Part shown: piece by piece, positions 1-27,900 of the stretch | Layout of the letters: each line of letters opens with the position of its first letter | Numbering within the stretch: position 1 is the stretch's first letter | Origin: Balanoglossus misakiensis | Taxonomy: Eukaryota > Animalia > Hemichordata | NCBI GenBank assembly: GCA_040954595.2 | Contig: CM082593.2 | Coordinates: forward strand, 6,479,579-6,543,578 | Direction of reading: 5' to 3' | Length of the DNA: 64,000 bases | The notes under the pieces: model-generated | Told to the model about the DNA's origin: nothing | Databases searched by the model: none | Seen by the model: only the letters and a program-made list of their open reading frames with translations | Translations under genes and position numbers: made by a program

Positions 1-1788
1 CCTTGGAAACGAGGATGCAGATATGAGAGAAGTAAGGGATGACGTAGAGATGAATTCTGAACTTTTTAAAAATAATGTTGTTATGAATTCATATTGTCAT
101 GCATCACTTTCAAAAATCACAGCAGTTTATACATCAATATGTTCACCTTTGTTTTTCAGAGGAGTTATGGGTTGCTAAGTCGGGTCATAGGTTACGACCC
201 TGAGAGCCAAAATATCGCCTGTGAAGGTCATGTACCTGAGAACATCGTGAAACTACTTCCTGTAAGTATTGCATTTTCACAAATATACATATTTTATGTA
301 AATTTTAAATCATGGGCAGCTCAGGTTTTTACTATGTGGCAATTACTTGAAAGGCTGTCAGACTATCTCTGTCTTGTGATCTGTTTTTGTTTTCAGTCAA
401 TTTTCTTAATTAGTTGTAGGGACATGCAAGGTGTGTCTTGATCAAAGAACGAAATAGAAAATTGTTCATTTAGGAGCTGTGTTTTGGTTGTGGCAGTGTA
501 AGTATTGCATGTTAGCATGAGGTGACACACTACAAATTCTTTCATAGCTGCAACTCTCAGTACAGACTTTTCCCTCTTTTTTCTAGGGTGCCGAGTTGCT
601 ACTTCAAAGACCCGCCTTGAAGTGTCTGACCAGGCTAACTCAATCAAACAAAACAGCGCGAAAAGCTGTGGTGCAGTGTGATAAAGGTATGTGATGTGTT
701 CTCATGAATATTCATCTATCCTTTCCATATTTGATAAGCTGTTTGATTTGATCGTACAAACATAATTGGCTAGACAGGGCAACCATCTTTAACCACAGTG
801 CAGGGAATGTTAACCGTAGGCTTTTAGTTTTATAGACATAGAGGTTGGCAAGAGACAATGCCCTTGTATCAATGTGGACAACCTGAAGTTCACATTTCCA
901 TTGTTAGTTAGATGCAATACAAACTGTAGCAATGCATTTTCGAACATCATACGTGAATCTTAAATTTTGTTTAATTAATGTTGATGCAGTATGCACTGTT
1001 TGAAACAGCAAATATGTATTCATCAAGTGCATGCGCTGTTAACTTACTAGAAAAGGGGTTTCATCGTACCATTGTTGTATCTGTTCGACCCAACAGACCT
1101 GAAAGTGCTGGTGGCCCTCCTGAGTTCCGAAGACGACATCATCGCCGCTAACACGGCACTGTGCATCGGACACTGTTGTGAAGACCCTGACGTCAGTTCG
1201 AGTCTCGTCGGCACAGATATCATCAAGCAGCTGTTGGCGAAAACAGATACATTGAACTCAGCGATCAAGGAGAACTGTGCTATAGCTGTTGCTAAACTAG
1301 TAACAGCAGATAAAAGGTGAAATATCAATATGATTAAAATCAGATGTAGGGAACGGCGACTTGGTGAGGCGACAGCATAAAAAAACCAAGTCGCCGTTCC
1401 CTACATCTGATTTTAATCAGATTGGTGAAATATATGACTATGAGTCAATATCTAATGTGTCGATATCTAACTGGGAGATTGCTCCACTGTTCTTGCAAGT
1501 GAATTCAATATCAGCAGCCACTTGCACTTGCCACTATGGTTGCCGCCATCTTGTCTGTTGTTAGGACAGCACACTGCCCTATGGCTTTGACTGTGTACAA
1601 TTTTTGTAACCAGAGTCTCTGGTTTGGCACATACGCATAAGACGACTGTTGTCATTAAATTACCTCCTAATATTGGCAACTAACAGTATTCCTGTCTATT
1701 CTTTCTATTTTACAGACACTTGGAGAGGTTACACGACCTCAATGGTATTGGAATTCTTCACTCTTGTATGAAGTATGTCAAACCCTGA
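1..1788 (+). CDS. TTC12: Tetratricopeptide repeat protein 12 (TTC12), last five coding exons (armadillo-repeat C-terminus); gene begins before the window
   Basis: Exons <1-31, 160-261, 587-686, 1097-1316 and 1716-1788 (TGA), all GT-AG with matching phases. Spliced peptide ...LGNEDADMRERSYGLLSRVIG...DLKVLVALLSSEDDIIAANTALCIGHCCEDPDVSSSLVGTDIIKQLL...ENCAIAVAKLVTADKRHLERLHDLNGIGILHSCMKYVKP* aligns by recall with the human TTC12 C-terminus (LLSSEDEVLVGNAALCLGNC...NAGIALGKLCTAEPR...LHGLEILNSTMKY). Confidence 0.88.
1326..1424. mobile_element. 99-bp palindromic non-autonomous DNA transposon with 9-bp TSD
   Basis: 40-bp inverted arms (CAATATGATTAAAATCAGATGTAGGGAACGGCGACTTGGT, 1 mismatch) around a 19-nt loop. 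Flanked by a perfect direct repeat GTGAAATAT at 1317-1325 and 1425-1433. Confidence 0.85.
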
Positions 1789-2234
1789 GGCATTTTCTGT
1801 TTGTTGTAACCATACCATTTGTTTAATATTAATTTATTCTGTCTGAAGACAGTCGCATTTGAAATACATTCCAATTTGTGTAGCGGTTTCGCTTCACAAT
1901 ACAATCAAACGATTTTGTATTTTTGTTTTTTGATTATTTATTTGATATCATTGCACTTTTATTTTATTGTTCCAACAAACAGCTAGCCTATACTTGTATC
2001 TGTATTCACTCAAGAGTACATTGTGTAACGGTACTATGAAAGAGCTCTAAAAAAATCCTTTGCTGAATTTGAATTTAAAAAAGTGGAATTAGTAATTTTC
2101 TGCAAATCAAGATCTTGATTATTCTCCAAATCATTTGTACTTTTTGAAGTGATGCACGAGGAATTTTGAGAGACATAAAATGTAATGCAAGATTATTTTG
2201 TATATGTCACTGGAAATGAAACTTTTTTCAATTA

Positions 2235-2240
2235 AATAAA
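2235..2240 (+). promoter_or_regulatory. Candidate polyadenylation signal of TTC12
   Basis: AATAAA about 450 nt after the stop codon, at the end of an AT-rich 3'UTR-like stretch. Confidence 0.45.
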
Positions 2241-2484
2241 CTGTGCATTTATATCAATGTTATGAAATCATATTTATTATTTGGTACAGACCCACTATCT
2301 CACCTAGGTAGCTAAAGCCTATTTAATTAAACTAGTGAGAGTAAACCCCTGGCAAATTGTTATCAGACCAGCTAACCTTTTACTAATATTAACCTTTATT
2401 TTTGAGAGCGTGCTCTTAAAAATATATAAAGTAAGACAGTCAAAACAGACCAAGAGAAAAATATCTAGACACAAACAAAAATGT

Positions 2485-3272
2485 TGGACTGAAAGATTGA
2501 GTCGTGTGCGGGCGCTCCTTTCTACCTTTTAGGGACCGTTCAGTTTTTACGGCTGGGGGGGGGGGGCGGCAAGTTTGTGTCATCAGTTGTCAAAATCAGG
2601 CCGACCCCCCCCCCCCCTTCACCCAGGACCAAAAAATGATGACCGGGTAGGGGGGGGGGGGCCCTTTGACAGGCCCAAAAATATGATGACCCCCCCCCCC
2701 CCCATGCTGAAAACATTCGCCGTCCTGATCATATGTACACTGTATGCAATAAAGGGAATGAAGCTCCTCACACCTCAATTATAATTTTCTTAAAGTACAC
2801 TAGATGTGGCGAAAAATGAAGGGGTGGGTGCGGGAGGAAAATACAGTGCTAAAAGTTGCATTTTAATGAACTCAAAAGCAAATTAACTCAATGTTGTGGA
2901 GGACCAATTTTACTTTTGCCACTCCACTAAGCATCAGTGGGGCAGGGGTGGCAAGAAGTCTGCCCTGGTACACTAGATAAGCCAGCCAGTAAATGAAATG
3001 TGGCGAAGAATGGAGGGGGTGGGTTAGAAAATTGTGTAAAATAAAGGGCGCAAAACTGCAATTTTGTGGACTCAAAAGCAAAAGTATGTGACCCCCCTTA
3101 AACGTTTCAAAAAAAAAAGATGACCCCCCCTTTTGGACTTCAAATTTTAAGTGACCCCCCCCCCCTGGATTTTGCCGCCCCCCCCCCCCCCCGGGCTGTA
3201 AAAACTGAACGGGCCCTTAGGGTCATAGGCAATTCTCCGGAGCGCCCGCACACGACTGAATCTTTCAGTCTA
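2485..3272. mobile_element. Older short palindromic element (T[G/A]GACT...AGTCTA) split by the Harbinger MITE
   Basis: Arms 2487-2518 (GACTGAAAGATTGAGTCGTGTGCGGGCGCTCC) and 3239-3270 are reverse complements with 1 mismatch. Removing the MITE leaves a ~100-bp hairpin. Degenerate flanking repeat ACAAAAATGT/AAACAAATGT. Confidence 0.7.
2532..3216. mobile_element. PIF/Harbinger (Tourist-like) MITE, 685 bp
   Basis: TIRs GGG(A/C)CCGTTCAGTTTTTAC followed by G-tracts at both ends. TTA target duplication at 2529-2531 and 3217-3219. No coding capacity. Confidence 0.8.
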
Positions 3273-5644
3273 AAACAAATGTAAACATTGAATCATTTCA
3301 GGCCCGGAATCATTTATAAGATACATACGAGGCTTACAGCGTTTGGTAAAACAAAACGACTCTTTGACTTGCTGCAATGAATACAATATCATAAGAAAGT
3401 GCATACTCACTACAACTTCAAGTCCGCGTGTTGCTTCCAGTGACAATATTCTTCAATCTTTTGACGGGTCTCCCAGCTGTGCGCTGGTAATGGCTGACAA
3501 TGACGTCATCATGACTACTACAGACAGTGATGGCGAGTTCGCACATCAAAGATTTCGCTCTGTCCAACGCTGACTGTCGAAGTAGGCGCCTGGCAGACCC
3601 CGCAGTGTTTGGCACATCACTATACGAACGACTGACAACTTATTTGACCACGGTGTCACGGTCGGAGCGGTCATTTTCTAGAAAATATACGCTTTCCGCA
3701 GGTCCTTCGTTAGGTGAATGGGCAATGGGGAACACGTGTACTCACCATGTTGTTACGTAACAACTGTGGGTTGCTAGGCGACTCGGGTTGTACCACCTGT
3801 TGCAGCAAAGTCTCCTTCAGACGCAAAGCGCATGCTCAATTTGAAGTTTACTATCACGAGCATCAGGGAGCTTACTCCCCTTCAAAAGAGAGACTTCATG
3901 TTGTAAAAACCAGGATGTCCTTCATCATGTCTATTTTTAACACGCAATTCACCATGGCGAGATATAAAATATGAAGACAATGGAGCCTTTTTTGATTAAA
4001 AACATCACTTTATTAGCGATAAAAACTCTGAAATTGTTCAGAGTTTGCCGACTACAGACTCGTAACAGTAAAACAGTAACAACATCAATGGTTGGTCTAC
4101 ACAGTGTCACTTGGATTTGTGCGCCAATCACGACTTTGCTTACAGATTTGCACGGTGTCGGTGAATGATGACTTTAAGTGGAAAGTATAACAAAAACTAG
4201 AAGAAAACGATTTGTCATGATTATTGCATAATGCTTGCAAAATATACTTTTTATTTTTGCCTTTGTCATGGAATTTTCACCAGTCAAATGAATTTGAACC
4301 AATATGGGAGGACAGTATAGAAACTCATCACGCTGAGTTGGAAGAATATGAGTAAAAGATGCAAGAACCAAATGCAGAAAATATGCATAATTTTTGGCGG
4401 GAAAACATTGACGGCAACTAAAAAAAAATTGCAGACTAAATTTACAAATGTTATTCCTAGATTTCAATTTTATAACACAAAAAGGCATATCGACAATATT
4501 TCAGTAATCGATGTTATCAAATGTAAATGGCCATAATATATTACCGAATTGAAAACTATTTACTTGGCCTTATTATGGTAAGAAACCATTGGTATTGATA
4601 AATTTATTAGAAGTCTGACCGTTCACAAACAACTTTTCCCTAAAGAGTGAGTTCTTAGACATTATAAAGACATAGTATAAAATACTGTTTAAGTTTTAAA
4701 ATTCGGGAATAACATACAATTTTAGTAAAATATCTCAATCATGATAGTGAAAATCAAAATGGCCGCCAAACTCAAAAGATGACAATTCAAATCAGAGACT
4801 TCAACTTGAAGATGGTGAAGAACAACCTGGCATCTTTTTCGATTTCATAATCAGTCGTTCAATCTTTAGTTCATCAAAGAATGCAGAGTAAATCTGGCTT
4901 TTGAGCTGTAACAGTTTGATAGCGGCTCTGTATGACCGGGGCTCTGTGTAATCAGAACTTGCATTGCATCACGGGTAACCGGAACTCTGTAAAGTTGCAT
5001 TGCATCATGGGGGTACTGTTTGCTCTAAACGCTATAACGTAAATTGGAAATCATAAATATTTTCTGAGTTGGGGACAGTGTAAATGAAATGACGGGAAAA
5101 TATGTGAGGACAACGTTGCGAGGACTTCTCTTATTTTTGCAAAAAGTATCATCCCCTAGGAGTCCAACAATTGACATATCAAATAAAATGATCAAAAATG
5201 CAGAATCAACACATCCATGGCAAAAAAAAAAAAATGTGTAGGTCCAAAGACCAGGGCGAAACATTTTCAAATTGATCAACGAGGGCGTCCTTTCTATGGC
5301 AGGTGTTCAGCATTAGATTTCCCCAAAGGAGGGGTATTTTCTCGCTTAGGGTAAAATGCTTCAAAAACCTTTCCATATTTGCCAACACCTTCAATGGATA
5401 TAACACCCTTTTTATTCTGATCGCGCTGTTTATTCCCCCCCCCCCGCCACCACGTGAAATTCGACTTTGCAACGTTCACGTGGTCGAATCATGATTACTT
5501 CACATCTATGATTGGTCGGCCGTACAGACACGATAGGAGAGACATTGGCTGTACTACATATGGACAGAGTGTGGTTCGGGGTCAAATTATAAATATGTCC
5601 ACACAGTTTTATAGGATTCGCCATCAAATCTAATCATAGCCCCG

Positions 5645-21941
<16,297 letters not shown>

Positions 21942-24895
21942 GGCCGTCGATTTTTGGCTCCGTCGACAACCGTCAAAATCCGATGGCTTGTTTTCTAGAC
22001 CATGAAGGGCAAAACTTGGCGGCAGACAGCGGTGGTGGGTGTTGACGTCGGATCCGCCGGCGGTCAGGGAGTGAGTTAGAGCCGGTCAAAGGTAAGCAGA
22101 ATCGCCAAATGAAGATGAACACGTCATGTCGCCTGATATGACAACCGGTTGTCTTATCTGCGGGATTCTGTAATCATTAATGAAAAAGATACGAACATTC
22201 ATTAGTGAGCCGTTATATGCAGTACACTTGGATAATTATTAAGCACAACACAGCCAATCCATCGATAAAACCTCCCAGCCAGAAATGTGTATCAAACATG
22301 TACCTTTGACCAGTTCCGATATAAAACTGTGCGGCCTAATAATAATCGGTACCGGGAACAGGAGATTTTGTAAAACAATATGACTAATATTACTAATCAA
22401 GAACATGGACATGTTTATACAGGCACTCTGGAAAGTGTAACTACAATGTATCTTGTTAGACTTTTCCTCAACGGGGGTATCGGAGAGTTTGTGACGGTCG
22501 TCATGACTACACGTTACTTGTTTTCATGGTAACGGGAAAACATCATTCGAGAGCACATGCGCCGTGGTCGAGTCTCTTGTGTTTCGGAAGGAGTGGTCAA
22601 AGTAACCGAGAGGTATTCGAGGTGGGATGAACGTCGTGAGGGTTAATAATTGAAAATTAATCTGAATTAAATTAAATTAAATTAAATCGAATCATATCAA
22701 ATCTTCACAACATTGACCAACATTACTGTAGGTGATTCAACATGCTTTTGAGTAGAAGGAACTGCAGTTGATGGTGACATCATGATTAAGTACAATCAGA
22801 AGTTGCCGACACTTTTCCTTAAAGGCTCATTAGCATGTAAGCGGTGACACAATTTTGTCAGATTAAAACAGTGCATTGCAGCATACATTCAAATTTTAGC
22901 AGTTATTCTCAAAACCAGGGTGTATATCGGTGAATTCCCGAGGGTATGCCTCAGTTTACTATATTTCTGTTACGCTGTGCTCGCTAACACATAATGTAAT
23001 GCCAGTATTGTCAACCAAGCTGTACGTGTCAGCCATTTTAGGGGGTGTACCACAAAAATATTGGTCTATTAGCGTTTTAGGCGTACGCGTCTTATGCAAA
23101 TGTAACTGCGACAATACACGCGTCCCTTCAAGCGACGAGAACAATAGGGTTATCAAATAGGAAACCACATTATAAGAATTATATTATGAAACGGGGCCTA
23201 TGGTACCGAGAATCGTTAATCCAGGCCAGAGAGCCTTTACCTTAGACACAGTTTCGTGCGGATATAATATAAATTGTGTTCCTCTTGTCGTGTAAGTTGT
23301 CACCCGAAAAAGATGACACCGATAAATCGTTATAAAGGGTGAACACTTGTCATATCAGATCAAATCAATCGATAAGCAAAATCTCAGATAGCTGCGTCCA
23401 TGGAAAAATTCTAAATTGGAGTTCATTATTTCAGATTTTCAAGAGTGTATATTTAGAGGTTGTCTGTAAAACTGATAAATCATTAGGCCTACTTATTCTT
23501 TTTTTCATTTGAACCAAATTTTGTGAAGTCGGTGTCAGTGGTGATCGCTTTCAACCGTTTCATCTTTGACTTGGGTCTGAGTCGACACACACGCACACGA
23601 CCAAAGGTCAGGAATTGCCCTGTGGACAGGTCAAATCTCGCCAGTTTATATAAGCAACGAACGACACACGCGGTACACTCGACTGTGGTCTGTAGTGTGA
23701 AGGACGAACAACTTGAGATTCTCTACTAATCGTCACGTGACCGCGCGCACTTATATATAAAGTCTTTGTCAAGTTCTGATTGCAGTGAGAGAAAAAAACA
23801 CAGCTCAGTACCGCGCATGCTCAACAGGAAAGCCTGCAAATCACCGTACGACACACGCGCAGTCATCGTTTTCGTCGTTTCATTGTTTTCTTTTCGTGTC
23901 ATAACAAGAATTTTCATGATTTTGCTGTGTTAATCAAGACAAACAGACTTCCATATACCCCCAGCTTGGTGTAGACAGAAATCGCGAATGCATCTAAACC
24001 AGATTTTTGATTTTGCATACGGCTAGAAAATATACCATAGAAGTACATGTTCACACAAACTCTTGAACAGATAGCGGGCGTTCGCTGAGAGAACACCATT
24101 TTGAATCGGGGGGGGGGGGGGGGGGCTCTGACGGAAGGCAGGCTCGCGAGAACTTCAAGTTGTACGCCCTCTATTATACTGACTGTCATTTCTGTTGTTT
24201 TTAACATACGACGGACACTGACGCTGATTGGCGAAGACGTAAGTGATTTTGGCACTAATCATAACAACTGTAAATGATAGTGTTCGGAAAATCCCACGAT
24301 ATTGATATACTGACAAAGCCATGGCATTAAGCTCGCGGTCAAAATCGAGAGGCTGAACCCTGATCAGTTCAGTCGTATGCAGGCCCGTTTTGTTTCAATG
24401 AGAAGAGGTCTGAGCGCAACTTGAAAGAGCCAGTATCCTTTCCACGGTCCAAAATACGCCAGACGAATGTCTTTCAGCTGCTTATAGGTTAATGACGTAA
24501 TTTCGACCGGCGCAAAGATTAAACGCTCAACGCCTGTGCCCGTTCACCCCGATCCCTTGATCTGCCGTTAAGCCCTGTCTGCCAAAACTGTTAGTCTGCC
24601 CTGTACTGTGTAATTTCTACGAACATTTACACGAAATGCGTGATGTGGGAATTCTTCAGTAAGGACGCGGCGCAATTTCATCACATAAACAACGGGATCA
24701 ACTTTGTATGTATAACGCAGCGTCGCTGTTGTATTCTAAAACTCCCTCCGTCCCTAATAAGGTGCCGGGGGAGATATGGTGTTGCGTTCTTGTAAGGTTA
24801 GAATAACTCCGTGATTCAAGTTCTCACGGTTTAATAGTGGGGGTAGGGTGATGAGCACAGTGGTGGAGGCCGGCCGTGCTACGCCGGGAACACAA

Positions 24896-24989
24896 TAGCC
24901 TGGTCTCCATACCCAGTGTGTTTTAGATAGACTCTAGGCAAGGTAGACTCACACGCAGGAACGCACTGGGTACTATGGAGACCAGGCTA
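24896..24989. mobile_element. 94-bp TAG...CTA palindromic element with 9-bp TSD (Academ-like non-autonomous)
   Basis: TAGCCTGGTCTCCATA-CCCAGTG ... CACTGGG-TAC-TATGGAGACCAGGCTA. Flanks GGAACACAA (24887-24895) and GGAATACAA (24990-24998). Confidence 0.75.
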
Positions 24990-27900
24990 GGAATACAAAG
25001 ACCTGTACTCAGGTCTAGGTGTTAGGGAACTTGAAGCCTGGACGGGCTACCGCGTCAAACCTTGCGGTCGCCTCTCCTCTCAAGAGCCTATGAAGAGTTT
25101 TGTTCTTGCATAGTTCCTTTTCGTCATATCGTCTGTGGCGTTTTTCCCCAACTATTAAGCGTAATCTGAAGTTGTAATAAGGTTGACTACAAGAAATTTA
25201 GGTCATTGTCAACAACGCAACTCGTGGAATTGCGTACATACTGAAGTGTCGAATATTCATACTGAGATCGTTGCGTGGAACCGTGCATGCGGAATTCGTC
25301 ACAAATGCAGTCTAGAATGCAGCTAAGTATTTTCATGGTCAGGTCCTGCAAAGCCGAACACCCGGCTACTCTTTAGTATAATGTGAAGTTAGACTGTTAA
25401 TGGAATTTTCCACTTCACTTCAGCAATCGTTAGCAGCTGAGAATGGCACTCCGAAGTGAAAACCAATTACGTAATTTCTGTCCAAACTTTCTTTTTGCAA
25501 ACATATGAAAAGTGATTTTTCTTTCACCCAAATAGAAATCTGTCGGCCCATCCATGCCCATTGCAGACAACGGGGTCGAACCAAATTCAATTGAAGGTAA
25601 AGAGATTAACGTTACTAAAGTGAATGTCCACACATACACACAGGAAAAACAAACATACGATAGAATTACATGTATAACCCTCGCTGTTATTGGAGATTTA
25701 GGACCAATTTGGACCGTGATATTTGATATAATCCCGGGACTAATACGGTTTCAGACAAATCCGGGTAAAAAATTTCAGCTTTCGGAAAGTTATCCAGGTA
25801 TGGAAAGTCGGCAGGCGACAGAATTTGTCTCCGGACGCTGTACTTGTACACATTGTCTCGGTCACGTAGCAGAGTCTCTCCATTTCCATGGAAACGTGTC
25901 CAGAGAAATCAATATTGTACTTGCTCCATCTGGAGCGGGGCTTCAGTCTAGTAGTCAACAAGTCCCTGGGCTCGGGGAGTCACCGAGGGCAGCAAAACAG
26001 CCGGCTGCCGAAGCGAAAACACCACCCGGATTTCAGAAACAAGTTTTGGCCGCGCTGTCGTGTACATGTATGTTGATACTTGTGCGCCCTCTTCTCTCTC
26101 TCTCGTGCCACGTCAATCATTCAACATCATTCTTCGCGCGCGGAAACATCTCACCGAAGAACCAGAAGCCACAGAGAACTGTTTTAACAGAAGTATGTTT
26201 TCATGTCGAACAGGCCAGATGAGACTCAGTCCGTGTTTTCATAGCCGCTCGCTAAAATAAACCCTGGGGGAAAATCGGTAGTAAATTGGCTGCTCGGGGT
26301 GAAAGGTTAACCCCCGCGCCCGCTATTGATTTCAGTCGAGCTCCATCGGTTTGTAACGTCGACGCTACAGTAGGAAACAGTGGTTGGAAAATAAGCAAGA
26401 TTCCTGTCCTCTCGACTTCTGGTACGCAACAAGAACGTTTGCATTTGATTGAAACTAGATAAAATGCTACGGCTGCCCCCTCCTGGCTCGTACTCGACGA
26501 TCGACCAGTTTGCTGTTTTGCGCATCATATTAGGCCTATCGATTTTGCATACGCGTCAGGTGAATTGCTTTGTTTGGTACGCGTGGTTGAAATCGAGGCA
26601 TGACTTATAATTGGAACGGGATTTGCCAGACGTGGTTCTTTTTTTTGCTCACCCCGTTCCCGAATGCCTTGAGTACATTTTCTCGTTCGTAGTGCACAGA
26701 ATTTGATATATACAGTTTAACTTGGACGTCTTAGTGTTGATATAACCCCAAGCTCATTTTGTAATCCGCTGCGCTTTTATCGAATAATGCCCTTTTCTGT
26801 TGGTTTCCTTCTTAAAGTTTTTCTACATACGAGCGTTAACTAGTCGAATAAGCCTGTAACGCTGTACTACAGGGGCGGGAGCCTTGCTAACATATATACA
26901 CCATCACTTTATGTCCACTACATCGCGACCTGACGACCGACCACCGCCTTTGCCAATCCCGAACCGTTAATATTTCAAACATGATAGCAAAATTTGTGCG
27001 AAGACGGTCCGAAAGAATATACGGTCTTCCTGGGAGGTTCTCCGATAATTTGATATTCCGGAGTTTTGGTTCGATTTCGGTCCCTTGAGAAAGTTTAAAG
27101 TACGAATTACGGCGAACGTTACTGGTGCGAATCCACGTTGTGTGTGTGTACCAGGTCTTCTCGGATGAATCGTCAATGATAAACGTGGGCCACAGGCGAG
27201 GTCAATGTCGCTACTGTAACCACTAGCGCACACACAGTGCTAGTCCGGTATGCGGACAAAATACGGCTAGATACTAGACTAACACAGTGCGTAAAGTATT
27301 AAACGCATTGGCCACGCTCTCAGTAAAAACAACAACAACAACAGACGGTGTCACGGTACTTGCGTTGAAATACCTAGCATTCTGCCAGTCACTGCGTTGC
27401 ATGGGGCGTCTACTGGGATTCCAATGATGTGGAAAATAGCCATATTTCTGACGATGTCCGGGGGTGTCTGCTGCTCACGCGCGGCTAAAATTAACTCACC
27501 CACGATATAATGGAAAGACAGGATTTTCGTGGAAGATACATGCTGTCTAAGAGTAGACCCAATTTGGCATTTGGGAGTGTGGGATGTTAATTGTCCTTAA
27601 TATTTGTATCCATTTGTCGGACAGTGGGGAAAGATATAATTATTTACTCATCATATCGCGAAGACGATACAACCTGTTCACGCTTCGCTCTTCTATGCTC
27701 AAACGCCAATTCGATGAATTGAATCTACCTTCTCTGTCGTTTTGTGTCCACATCTTTCTCCTTTGTTATTGCATTAGCATAGTGGAGAAAAACAGACAAC
27801 TCCGATATGGTCAGTGAAGTATTCTATTTGCATTCCGCATGCGCCGGTTCGAGTCGTGGCAATTGTTATTATTTTACTATGCAGTGTTTAACACGTCTGC

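Noticed and set aside
160-1788. Call as ARMC3 or a generic armadillo protein
   Set aside because: The C-terminal LHDLNGIGILHSCMKY and LLSSEDDII..N.ALC.G.C segments match TTC12 specifically.
3343-3974. Short ORFs and donor-like motifs between TTC12 and the NPC gene
   Set aside because: Could not assemble a consistent spliced reading frame or recognise a domain; probably UTR or intergenic.
25554-26222. 222-aa plus-strand ORF in the intergenic region
   Set aside because: No recognisable domain and no codon bias like neighbouring genes; more likely chance or 5'UTR/regulatory sequence.
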